NCBI RefSeq assembly: GCF_006345805.1
Contig: NC_043004.1
Location: 66,216,001-66,280,000 of the forward strand
From: Octopus sinensis
Lineage: Eukaryota
Direction of reading: 5' to 3'
Length of the DNA: 64,000 bases
How positions within the stretch are numbered: position 1 is the first letter of the stretch; every line of letters starts with the position of its first letter. The translations under genes were made by a program, and so were the position numbers. The notes under the pieces were generated by a model. It was not told the origin of the DNA, made no database searches, and worked only from the letters and a program-made list of their open reading frames with translations. Shown piece by piece: positions 52,762 through 64,000 of the stretch.

Positions 52762-52789
52762 CCTATATATATATATATACATATATGAA

Positions 52790-53102
52790 AGGAGCACTAC
52801 GTCGGTTACGACGACGAGGGTCCCAGCTGATACGATCATGGGAACAGTCTGCTCGTGAAATTAACGTGCAAGTGACTGAGCAATCCACAGACACGTGTAC
52901 CCCTAACGTAGTCCTTGGGGACATTCAGGAGGACACAGAGTGTGACAAGGCCGGCCCTTCGAAATACATGTATAACTCGAGCTGAGTGGACTGCAGCAAC
53001 GTGAAATAAAGTGTCTTGCTCAAGGATGCAACGCTTCGCCGAGAATTGGCCTCATGACCATACAGTTGTGAGCCGAATGCCCTAACCACTAAACCACGCG
53101 CC
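52790..53102 (-). mobile_element. tRNA-derived SINE with CORE-like segment and central domain shared with 11915-12025
   Basis: Reverse complement ggcgcgtggtttagtggttagggcattcggctcac...ccttgagcaagacactttatttcacgttgc...gggccggccttgtcacactctgtg...cacttgcacgttaatttcacgagc. Confidence 0.75.
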
Positions 53103-53590
53103 TATATATACACATGATGAGCATCTTTGAGTTTCCGTCTATTAGATCCACTCACAAGGCTTTGGTAGGTCTTAAGCGATAGTAGAAGATATTAGAAGGT
53201 GCCGAACAGAGGGTTTGAACTCAGAAACATGTATGTGTGTATAAAAAACGAATCAGAATATATATCATCCGCAGTAAAGTAACACAACTCTCAGCACTGC
53301 TGTCATTTCTTACGCACTATAATTTGTAGAATTTATAGGAAGATGTTTCGTCGATCATGCATTGCCGTCTGGAATTTGGAACACACAATTCGTGGAATCA
53401 AGAGAAGATTCAGATGTTTTCAAACAATTTCGCAGCTGAATAAGGACTTTCTCAGGGCTGAGCAACACAGTCAGCTTCCGGTGCTGCCGCTGCCACCGCT
53501 GCTGCCGCCGCTGCTGCCGTTGATGTTATACCACCACCGCCACAACCATTACCACTACTACTACAACTACTATCACTACTACTACAACCG

Positions 53591-53663
<73 letters not shown>

Positions 53664-54062
53664 CGTTTCGTGCTTCTTGTTTATTCCACGCGATTTCCGA
53701 CAAGATTATCACAAAAGCCACCCACTACTCCATTACGAACTCTGACACTAAGACATAAACTGAAAACTATCCACCATAATAAAGATTAACAAAGAAAACC
53801 TTGCAATCGCCGTATCTTCTAGCAATCCACCATCAACATATCTACAACCACAGACACAAACACACACACACACATGCACACCCACAACTACAACCGATAG
53901 GAACTGTACCGAATACAAAAGCTTCATCGACACAACTAACCACATTACACACATATATATGTAAGTATATATAAGAATATATATATATATATATATATAT
54001 ATAGGTATATATATATATGTATAAGTATATATATATATATATATATAATATATATATATAAT

Positions 54063-54099
<37 letters not shown>

Positions 54100-54617
54100 G
54101 TATAAGTATATATATATAGCATATATAAATATATACACACATATATATATATGACTCACACACACACACATATATATATACTTGCATACATACACACACG
54201 TGTACATATGTGAGTTTGTTCGTGTTTGAGTGTATTTATGTGTGTGTGTGTTTGTATCTACTACACTCACGAGCTCAGCTGCAATCACAATATCCAGCGT
54301 CGCAATAATTGCCACTCACGCGTACGCAAGTACGTATAAATGGACAGATAAATATATTGCACACATAAAGACGCGCTCGTCGTTGTTTTGAAGAGCTTAC
54401 AACAAATTCCGGAGAGTAATCTTCTTGAATATCTATGACACAAACACACTGATGACAGTTAACAATACAAGTTATCAGTTTGTGGTTAAGCCAAGATTTT
54501 CTTTATCTTCATTTTAACTAAAGCAGCGTTTAGTTTGTAAGACATAGGAGATGGTTACTATTGATAGCGATAAAAGACGGCGAAACAGATTGAGTTGAAG
54601 AAGAGAATAATAGAGGC

Positions 54618-54670
<53 letters not shown>

Positions 54671-54899
54671 GTGTATGTATATATACACACACATAGATTG
54701 GATATGTGTATGTCTAAGTGAGTGTGTCTGTGTGTGTCTGTGCGTACGCGTTTCAAGATATGTGTGTATGGGAGATAAAGCGAGTGACGAAAGCTGGTGA
54801 TACGGTACCGTTTACAAATACGTTGAAGCATTATATATGACAAAACAAAAGCTAGAACACACACACACACACACACACACACGCGCACACACACACACG

Positions 54900-54986
<87 letters not shown>

Positions 54987-55989
54987 TACATACAAGCATA
55001 CATTATCTAAGTTTATTTTATCAATAGTTCATATTCAGTTCTCAGATTTACACAACGCTGTGCTGAAGATATCTATCCTCACAAAAGAGCTTGCCGAGTT
55101 CTATATCAGATTCTTTTCACTGTGTAATACACACACACACGCGCGCGCACATAACTGTCAGATCCAGGAATCGAGGAATACGAATAAAGTTAGCTTCAAT
55201 ATTTCATGCGTTAGCATGAACCTCCTGAGGACAATGTGATGTTTCATCTAATCAAGATATCTCTGGCCTAACAGTTAACCTGTGGTATGCACCTGACTTG
55301 GATATTTAGTACTTCCGTCTTTCCGCTGGCTATGAAAGATATGTAGCACGGATCTTATCTGGTCCGTTCCCTAACTCTTGTGTGTGCGTTTGTGCGTGCA
55401 TGTCTGTGTATGCACAATATTTGTAATCAAACCAGAAAGGCTTTGTAAGTAACGGAGAGACAGCAACTATAGAAGACGCATAGTATATTGAAAAATGTAT
55501 AATAATATATCAATAATATATATCCCAATAATATATTATCCCATTCGAAGCGACAAGTTTTAAATACAAACAAATGACTATAAACTGATGTGCTAAATGT
55601 AGCCAGTATCGGACCCGCAAATCGACGCTTACATGGCTTCTTGCACATCCGTTTCGGTCAAACACTCACCCATCAATTTCAGCTAAATTCCATGAATGTA
55701 TATTTAAACTGTCTAATACCGCATATAATAATACTAATAATATATATTTCATATATTCATACGCAGCTAGACACACACACCCGTACTCATACACACACAC
55801 CACCACATATAGATAGATAGATAAAGATTTAGATATACGTATGTAACATATTCGCGCGTGCACACTCAAGCAAACACACAAACACGTATATATATATATA
55901 TATATCACACACTACATATATATATATATATATTATATATATATATATAAATTTATATATATATATACATATACTTGTATATATGTATA

Positions 55990-56033
<44 letters not shown>

Positions 56034-56036
56034 GTG

Positions 56037-56104
<68 letters not shown>

Positions 56105-56199
56105 TATATACTTACGTTTCCCGTGTGTTACTGCTTGTATGTACTTCAAGGATGCATTCATATTCCAAAATTTGCATACAAAATGGAATACAAAGAATT

Positions 56200-56669
56200 G
56201 TTTTTATATGATTGGACGTCATCGTCGTCTTGGTCATCATCCGACGTCGCCTCCTTAACCGTAGTAATAAACGCAGTAATTAGCAGTAGTCTCTTCTTCT
56301 TCTTCTTTTTCTTCTTCTTCTTCTTCTTCTTCTTCTTCTTCTTCTTCTTCTTCTTCTTCTTCTTCTTCTTCTTCTTCTTCTTCTTCTTCTTCTTCTACTT
56401 CTTCTTCGTATCTTCTACTTCTTCTTCTTTACCACAACCACGTACTCCACTTCATCGTCCTTTATTTCCCACTGCCCCTCCTCCTCCACTTCCCTGTGCC
56501 TCCTCCCCTCGTCTTCCTGTCTTCCTCCTCCTCTTCCTTCTTATTATTGTTAGTGATCTTAGTAGCAATTGTTGCTGTTGTAGCGGCGGGAGCACTAGCT
56601 TTAGCAGCATAAGTAGCTGTAGCTAATGAAGGTGTAGTCGTGGTAGTCGTCGTCGTCATCGTCGTTGTC

Positions 56670-56708
<39 letters not shown>

Positions 56709-56850
56709 AGAGCAGTAGTAGCAGCAGAAGCAGCAGTTATAGTCGTAGTGGTGGTAGCAGTAGCAGTAAACAGCTGCAGCTCTAGTGGTAGTAGTAGTGG
56801 TGGTGGTGGTAGTAGTAGTTGTAGTAGTAGCAGCAGTAGGTGCGCTTTCG
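56200..56850. repeat. Compound trinucleotide low-complexity tract: (TTC)n, (CCT)n, (GTA)n, (GTC)n
   Basis: Direct reading; source of the poly-F/V/T/S ORFs. Similar (GCC)/(CTA)n tract at 53470-53665. Confidence 0.9.
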
Positions 56851-57077
56851 GTGTTAGTGGAGATGGGGACGTCGACGCTTTTGGCGATCGTAGATTCGTT
56901 GCAAGGAAACGAAGACACAAAGATAAAGAAGTTACAATGGAGGTGAAGGCAGCGGTGGAGAACGAAGAATAAACTAATCGACAAACAGCAGCATTATCCG
57001 TCGATAATTTACTTGGATGACAATATTTCGATTTGGCACTGAAGACCGGAGAGTATCATAAAGGAAACACACACGCA

Positions 57078-57135
<58 letters not shown>

Positions 57136-57186
57136 TTGTACTTGTATATATGTGTGTATTTGTCTGTGTGTGTGTGTGGCTTTCAC

Positions 57187-57280
<94 letters not shown>

Positions 57281-57559
57281 TTACATAAATGCATGCATAT
57301 ATACGTACACCATCACACGTATGTGAATGTGTTAATTTGAGTATGTGTGTGTGTGTGCATCTATGTGTATACATAATTCATAGACGCATATATGTACGCA
57401 CAAACGGACTCTTTTGAAATTAGATTTAGTTCTTGTGAGCGAAACATTTACTTTCATAAATGTTTGTGAATTATATGACTGAAGGACATGCTTGCTTCGC
57501 AATTTCCAATTTTGATTCAGAGAAAATTTAAAATGAATTTATTGCGACTGGTTGTTCTT

Positions 57560-58202
57560 TTTGCGTATATCAATATACATCGAAATATTTCAATTTACCC
57601 TGAATACAGAAGCAGCATATGCATCTAAAAGGAATAGCCAAGCGCTGGACGTAATCCCTCCCAGAAATTACTGGTTTAGTGGCTATAGCGAAAGAGATAG
57701 TATAGTGGATCCGTTTGAAAGGGCTGAAGACAGGCACTTTCAGCTTTGGCCAAGTCCTCATCATTTTCAAAAGGAAGTTGAAAGTGGAGGGGGAAGTGTT
57801 AACTTCTAGCAAGTTTGTTCAAAGGTGGGTGGCACTTTCATCTCTGGCGAAGCCCTCACCTACTTCAAAAGGAAGTTGAGGGTGGAGAGCGAAGTTTTGA
57901 CTTGTAGCAAGATTGTTGAAAGGTGGGTGAATGTTGGAAGAATGGTAAGTGTGAACGGACCAATTCTGAGCGTGTACATGTAAAAAATGGAAGGGTTCTT
58001 GCCCTGTTGTTCAGGCACCCGTGGCTTTTGTGGGGTTTTCCACGCGGTCCTATTGGGAGTTTTAATTTGTTTAATTTTTAAATATTTATATTATTTACAC
58101 GTTGTAAAAACATTGTATTGTTTTGTTTTTGTCTTATATGTTGTTGTATGTCTTTTAATGTAATTCTATGTGAGCCCTTGTGGCCAATAAAAGAATGAAT
58201 TA
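57560..58202 (+). mobile_element. L1/Tx1-clade LINE 3' end with duplicated C-terminal segment, 3' UTR and AATAAA before an (ATT)n tail
   Basis: LVAIAKEIV*WIRLKGLKTGTF..GQVLIIFKRKLKVEGEVLTSSKFVQRWV, then again TFISGEALTYFKRKLRVESEVLTCSKIVERWVNVGRMVSVNGPILSVYM*; resembles Octopus L1/Tx1 ORF2 C-termini as recalled. Confidence 0.6.
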
Positions 58203-58244
58203 TCATTATTATTATTATCACTATTATTATTATTAATATTATTA

Positions 58245-58275
<31 letters not shown>

Positions 58276-58321
58276 AAAATAACGTTATAAATGATGATGA
58301 TAATAATAATAATATAATAAC

Positions 58322-58385
58322 AATTCATTCTTTTATTGGCCACAAAGACTCACATAAATTACATTAAAACACATACAACAACATA
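58322..58385 (-). mobile_element. Second copy of the same LINE 3' tip, inverted (tail-to-tail)
   Basis: Reverse complement tatgttgttgtatgtgttttaatgtaatt.tatgtgagtctttgtggccaataaaagaatgaatt matches 58137-58202. Confidence 0.85.
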
Positions 58386-58779
58386 AAATTATTATTATTA
58401 CTATTCTAAATTATTCTTGTTAATATTTCGGAGCCAATAATAAACTAAGCACCTGCGAGACACTGGGATCGATGTAATCGATTATCACTCTCTTATCAAA
58501 TTCCAAGTGTTGTGCCTATAATAGAAAAGATTTTATTATTATCGTGGTTTTTTTCAATTTTGCTCCTATTTCTTACCGTGCATCTTCCCGACATTTAAGG
58601 CAAAGAAACTCACGAATACATTGGCAGGTCATTAAAATAAGGATACCAGATTGTTCATTTACAAATTTATGTGATAGAAAAAAGGAGAAAAAAAAAAAAG
58701 ATAGACCAGAAAAAGAATGAAAGAAAAAGGAAAAACAAAAATGGAAACAAAAAAAGAAGAAAAAAGAAGAAAAAATATA

Positions 58780-59330
58780 AAGAAAAGAGAAAAGAGATAA
58801 AGACGCCATCAAAAATGATCCCAAGAGGTCGACGAGCACAATTGCACGTGTGAAATATGTGGGTGAAAATCAGATGACGCTGGAGGACATTCGCTACATT
58901 TCATGAGGCTATGAAGCATGGAAGACAAACTGATCAATAACATGAAACACGCTTGAGCTGGACATGAGAAGAATTTCTTAAAAGCTGAGCGACGTGATTA
59001 AACCTTGGCTAGATCGGGTAGATGTAGGGAACCTGTAACTGTGGCAGCAAGACTCTGGGCCTTACCACACCAGCTGGTAGACCTAGGTAGGCTTAGCTGT
59101 AAGAGTATTTGTTAGGTCACAGAGCACTTGACATTTGGCCTCCCAACTCATCTGACGGCAAAACCTCGACTTTTGTGGAGAGTCATGGAACGAGAGAAAA
59201 AGAAATCCAGCTGCAATACGAGGGCGATCTGAGGGCCAGTATTACCAAGCCCTTCATGGACATAAAACGGGATTGTCATCGAGGTCAAAAGCAGGTTCAT
59301 CGAGTGAGAGCGATAGAACATGTCATATAA
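58780..59330 (+). mobile_element. Strongly decayed maT/Tc1-like transposase remnant
   Basis: VIKPWLDRV...WQQDSGPYHTS and DIWPPNSSD, paralleling 21400-22290. Confidence 0.55.
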
Positions 59331-59566
59331 ACTTTTAAATCCCTCCCGCCAAAAGAAAAAAAAAGGAAGAAAATTCCTGAGACAGGAATTTGTAAAGAAG
59401 GTACGTTCGAAAAGGAGATTAGAAATTCATTTCTACTTACAATCAACACGTTCATGTCTTCTTTCTCTCTTTATTGCCCTTTTCCCCGGAACCATATACC
59501 GAAGCACACAGATCTATGCACATGAAAACTCTGTACACTGAACGGTTTCATTTGTACATGTATATA

Positions 59567-59620
<54 letters not shown>

Positions 59621-60196
59621 ATATTGTCCCCATTCAAACGAACCATGGATATACATGCATAAATTAATTTCTTTAAGTGCTTAATCTGAACTTTACCTTC
59701 TTTAAAATTAAACACATTTGCAGTACTCTGAACTTTAGCATTTATTTGCACTCTATTCTAATGAATGTATTTTGCTACATACAAATTGCTTGACATTCAA
59801 CCAGACATCACGATTGCTAAACCGTGGTAGATATCAAAAAAAAAGAAAAAAAGCTACAGCAAGTAAATGACTAAAACAAAATAGAAAAGATTTCGAAACA
59901 CATTGAGATTTGGAAAGATTATATCAAATGTCAGAGTAAATTGGATTGATTTTCACCGCTGAAATTTAATTTCCTGCTTTAAATTATGCAATACATATAT
60001 CTATATCGATCTGTTGTAATGCTTTCATCACGACCTCTGCACACATATGAAGAGATACACATTCGGTTACTCACACACATGTGGACACACATATATGGTC
60101 ACGCGTGCACAGGAAAACACGTATGTGTTTGTGTATGCATGTATGTATGAATGTATATAGGTACATATGTGTATATATATATATATAATTATATGG

Positions 60197-60247
<51 letters not shown>

Positions 60248-60271
60248 TGGAGAAAGAGAGAGACAGATACA

Positions 60272-60319
<48 letters not shown>

Positions 60320-60425
60320 TACATAATATGCATATGAATGTGTGTGAGCGTATGTGCGTGCGTTTCTTTGATTATGTGTATATGTACATATATATATACA
60401 CACATATAAATTCACATATATATAT

Positions 60426-60486
<61 letters not shown>

Positions 60487-61009
60487 CCTATATTGTATAT
60501 ACGGTGATACGTATTCATATAAATACATATATAGTTATATACACCCCCCCACATATACGTACACACGTACGCACATATATATATCAATACACACTCCCAC
60601 ACATGTGTATGTTTATAATTATTTATGTTATGTATGTGATCTATTGTCTACCTCTTCCTCTTTTCAACAGTAACAACGCTCAATCATACTGGCTATCGGA
60701 ATATAACAGAATGTAGCATCAGATATATCAAGTGAGATAACAGCTACATATCTCCTGAGATTGCTTTACATATTTATCTTCTCTTTCGGCTTCATATTGC
60801 TTCGACATGCAACATATTACGGCCACTTATTAGGAACCCGATCAATACGAGCATAAAGATGAAATTACGGTTATTATATATACATATGTACATTCATGCA
60901 CACATGTATATTTACATATCTTACTTCACATAAATATAAATAAAAATACACTTATATTCCTATTTAGAGACCAATTTGTCCTGCTAGAAAGAAATATATA
61001 TACATATAC

Positions 61010-61074
<65 letters not shown>

Positions 61075-61080
<6 letters not shown>

Positions 61081-62100
61081 ATATCTTCGTTACATTGTGG
61101 GTATTTGATGCAATATATATATTGTTTTTGTTTTGCAATTCATATTTGCATTCACTTGTATTTACTCCCCATTTTTGAGTCTTTCGCTTGTCCCTTGCTC
61201 AATTTATTCACATGTCCCACGACAGGGGTCTCTTCAGATGGTTACTTCCATCGTTTCTTTTTCGAATCTGAATCTCGCCTTTGTTAGGAGTCTCTTGAGT
61301 TTAGGTGGTTGTCTGCGACTGTTGATAATTTGTGGTTTTTCAATTATTCGTTGGAGATTTCGTGATTGACGTAGAATTGTGTTTGTGGGGGGGGGGGGGG
61401 TCGATGATGTTGTGGTTTCTAGGATTGCGGGTGTCTACAAACGGAAAATTTGTATTTGAATTTGTAACTTACACACCTGCGTTGCATGTTTCTCCATTTG
61501 TTAGAGATCGGGATTGTCTTTGCGTTTGTTATACTATGTTGAATTAACTTGTGATATTTTTTGTTTCTCAAGGAATATATTAAGTTCTGCCAGTTCTTTC
61601 TCTCGTTTATCAGTATCTGAGTCTATTGAGCATATGTCTATTTCCATATTAAATGGTCTGTTCCTTTTTGCATGGGAAGATCTAAATATTGGTGTGTGTC
61701 TGTGTCCTTGTAGTAGAGGTCAGTTGTAACTGTCTCATTTTCTTTAATTATAAGGGGGAGTTCATGTTCATTCATTTCTATAATGAATTGGATTGAGACA
61801 TGAATGCTATTTATTAATCTCAGAAATTTAGTAAGGTGCTCATTAATTCGGTTCCAAAATAGAAAGCAGTCATCTAAGAATATTTTCCAGTTTCCTATAA
61901 GGTATGTTTTGAAGTTGTGGTCAAAAGTCGTTCTGGATAGACTGTAGATTTTTCTTCTAGAATCCCCATTACTAGTGTGGAAAATATTGGTGCGAGTTTC
62001 GTCGCCATTGCGGTGCATATATATATATAAATGTGAAATTCTTAGTAATAAGGTATTTCATAAATTCCTTCTTAGGTGGGACTGGAATGTCTTTCAGTGA
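61075..62100 (-). mobile_element. Penelope-like element remnant (RT, linker and start of GIY-YIG endonuclease)
   Basis: KNFTF, TAMATKLAPIFSTLVMGILEEK, WKIFLDDCF, TDLYYKDTDTHQYL, PFVDTRNPRN, INSRRQPPKLKRLLTKARF, C..TC and IYCIKYPQCNED, interrupted by (TA)n at about 61075. Confidence 0.85.
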
Positions 62101-62799
62101 CATGCCAACATCTCCATAATACCAGAGAAACTCCGTATAATATTACTCTAGTAAAATAAGAATATAAAGTACCAAACTGAGGATAAGAAATCCATTTCAC
62201 TGTTGCGTCAGTTCGATAACATATAAGTATTGGTATAATTCAATAATAAAGATAAATTAAATATAGAGATATTCTTTGGACATTCAATAATTTATTTATA
62301 GTACAATATTACATTAAATGGTATGAATATAATACATAGCATAACATAATGTTATATAAATAATTATAAAATTCCTAAAAGTCCAATACGTATAATCACT
62401 GTTCAGTTATATATAAGTAACTTCAGGCTCAATTCGGTTCAGAAATACGAAACTCTGTCTGGAAAGGACGTCTGGGTTCTGAAAATTAATTCAAATGTAT
62501 GTGTTATGAGCGTGAGCGTTAATTCTTATATCAATTGCAATTAAAACACAACACAAAATTACCTATAAGACGAATAATGTTAAAAGGTATACGTCTGGTA
62601 TTAAGCTGATAATAAGATATTAAAAATCGTAAGTAAATATTGAAACCCACGGATATTAATAGAAAAAACATGTATAAACAGAAACAGAAACAGGCATATC
62701 CTGAGCGAAAACTAAGATGTAATGGTCAGAGCATTCATTCTAATTCGCTGTAACTCACAGATAAAACAGTGACTATATACAGACTAAATCTAAAATCCG

Positions 62800-63390
62800 T
62801 TCAGTCGAAGTCGACTCTCGGTTACTCAATGGATCAGTGTTCTCCAGCGAGTTCTATCCTGGGTCGCTTCTTTCAGATTGACTATGGTCATTCCCGGGTC
62901 ACTCTTGATGGTGTCAAGCCAGTGGGTTCTTGGTCGGCCTCTTCCTCTCTTGACTCTGACCATTCCGAGCATGATGTCCTTTGCCAGGGATTTTTTCCGC
63001 ATGATATGACCAAAATATGCTAATCTATCCTTGGTGATCATACCTTCTAGCGACAGGTTCGGCTTGATCTGGCTAAGAACTTCTCCATTAGTGAGCCTCG
63101 CTGGCCGTAAAAGTTTTCTCCAACACCAAAGCTCGAATGCATTAATTCTCTTCTGGTCAGATTTCTTTAGTGTTGAGGTCTCGCATCCATATGTTGCTAT
63201 AGGGAAGACGATTGCATTCACCAAACTGCATTTGGTAGCGAGGCTGATGTCTCTACTCTCCGAGACCTTGCTCATGCTGACCATTGCCTCTCTGAGTAGT
63301 ACTACCCGCCGCCTTATTTCTGGAGTGCAGTTAGCATCTCGATTTATTTTGGAGCCAATGTAGATGAAATCATCAACCACTTCGATCTCT
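62800..63390 (-). mobile_element. RTE-clade (BovB-like) LINE 3' end
   Basis: ORF 62826-63380: VDDFIYIGSKI...EIRRRV...ISLATKCSLVNAIVFPIATYGCET...FELWCWRKLLR...YFGHIMR...RGRGRPRTHWLDTIK. Confidence 0.9.
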
Positions 63391-63417
63391 TCATTTTATA
63401 TATACACACACACATCC

Positions 63418-63509
<92 letters not shown>

Positions 63510-64000
63510 CATACATATATATATATACAAACACAAATATAACTTCAGCGTGGAAGCTGTTCTATAAGCCATTTAAAAATACACAAAAACCGTTAAATTC
63601 ACTTCAACATGTTGACAATTTTTCATTTGCCATATAGGATCTCATATGCTGTGATATCTTCTCCAGCGGCAGCTTTGAAGATTCAGCTACCCACCCAAAT
63701 CCTGCTGCTTGTTAGTCTGAGAAAAGGAAACTGTCAAAATATCGGTCGATCTTTGAAAAGTACAAGGTCAATCCCATGGCAGTAGAGACCTCTGGCGTTA
63801 TCCCCTTCGCCTGGATCATATAGCGGCGCACATTGCTGAACGCAGTTGAGTCTTCGAGCGTATGGACTACAGGACTTACAGAAAATTGTATTGAGTGTCT
63901 CGTATACGTATTTTCTGGCTAATATTACCGGTTATAATGTCATTATCCATTACATTCTCTTATATTGTCTCACTCCGCTACTTCTACCAATCTCCATTCA

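Noticed and set aside
56640-56972. Poly-Val/Ser/Thr ORFs on both strands as a possible mucin-like or membrane protein exon
   Set aside because: Open on several frames purely because of trinucleotide repeats; no convincing splice sites or domain motif.
57725-57770. Minus-strand ATGATGA...GAAA hammerhead-like string
   Set aside because: A3-G8 mismatch, G at the cleavage position, no helix I, and it is the antisense of an L1/Tx1 coding segment.

Overview
AT-rich eukaryotic (animal) genomic DNA, dominated by microsatellites ((TA)n, (CA)n, (TAA)n, (ATC)n, (TCTA)n, (TTC)n) and decayed mobile elements. The SINE and LINE families resemble those I recall from Octopus/coleoid cephalopods; this is an inference. 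I cannot confidently call any intact protein-coding gene. Nearly all ORFs in the supplied track are microsatellite read-through or transposon fragments, and only a few weak candidate host exons exist. Recognisable elements: several tRNA-derived SINE families (about 20 copies); four R4/Dong-type LINE pieces sitting in TAA/TGA microsatellites; two RTE, one CR1/L2-like and one L1/Tx1 LINE remnant; one Penelope-like (RT + GIY-YIG) remnant; mariner, Tc1 and maT remnants and MITEs; hAT-like and possibly Academ-like remnants; and a Lep1/HINE-like Helitron derivative. The most interesting signal is a set of nine minimal type I hammerhead-ribozyme motifs (about five with an intact or covarying core) in at least five unrelated short repeat families. 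Each is followed by a short AT-rich tail and a (TA)n tract. Most have a self-complementary helix III, and two show compensatory changes of the C3-G8 core pair (U3-A8 and G3-C8). One sits in a 75-bp-arm palindrome and a degenerate one lies inside a 1.6 kb inverted-repeat element. Motif identifications were made by eye; no searches were run.
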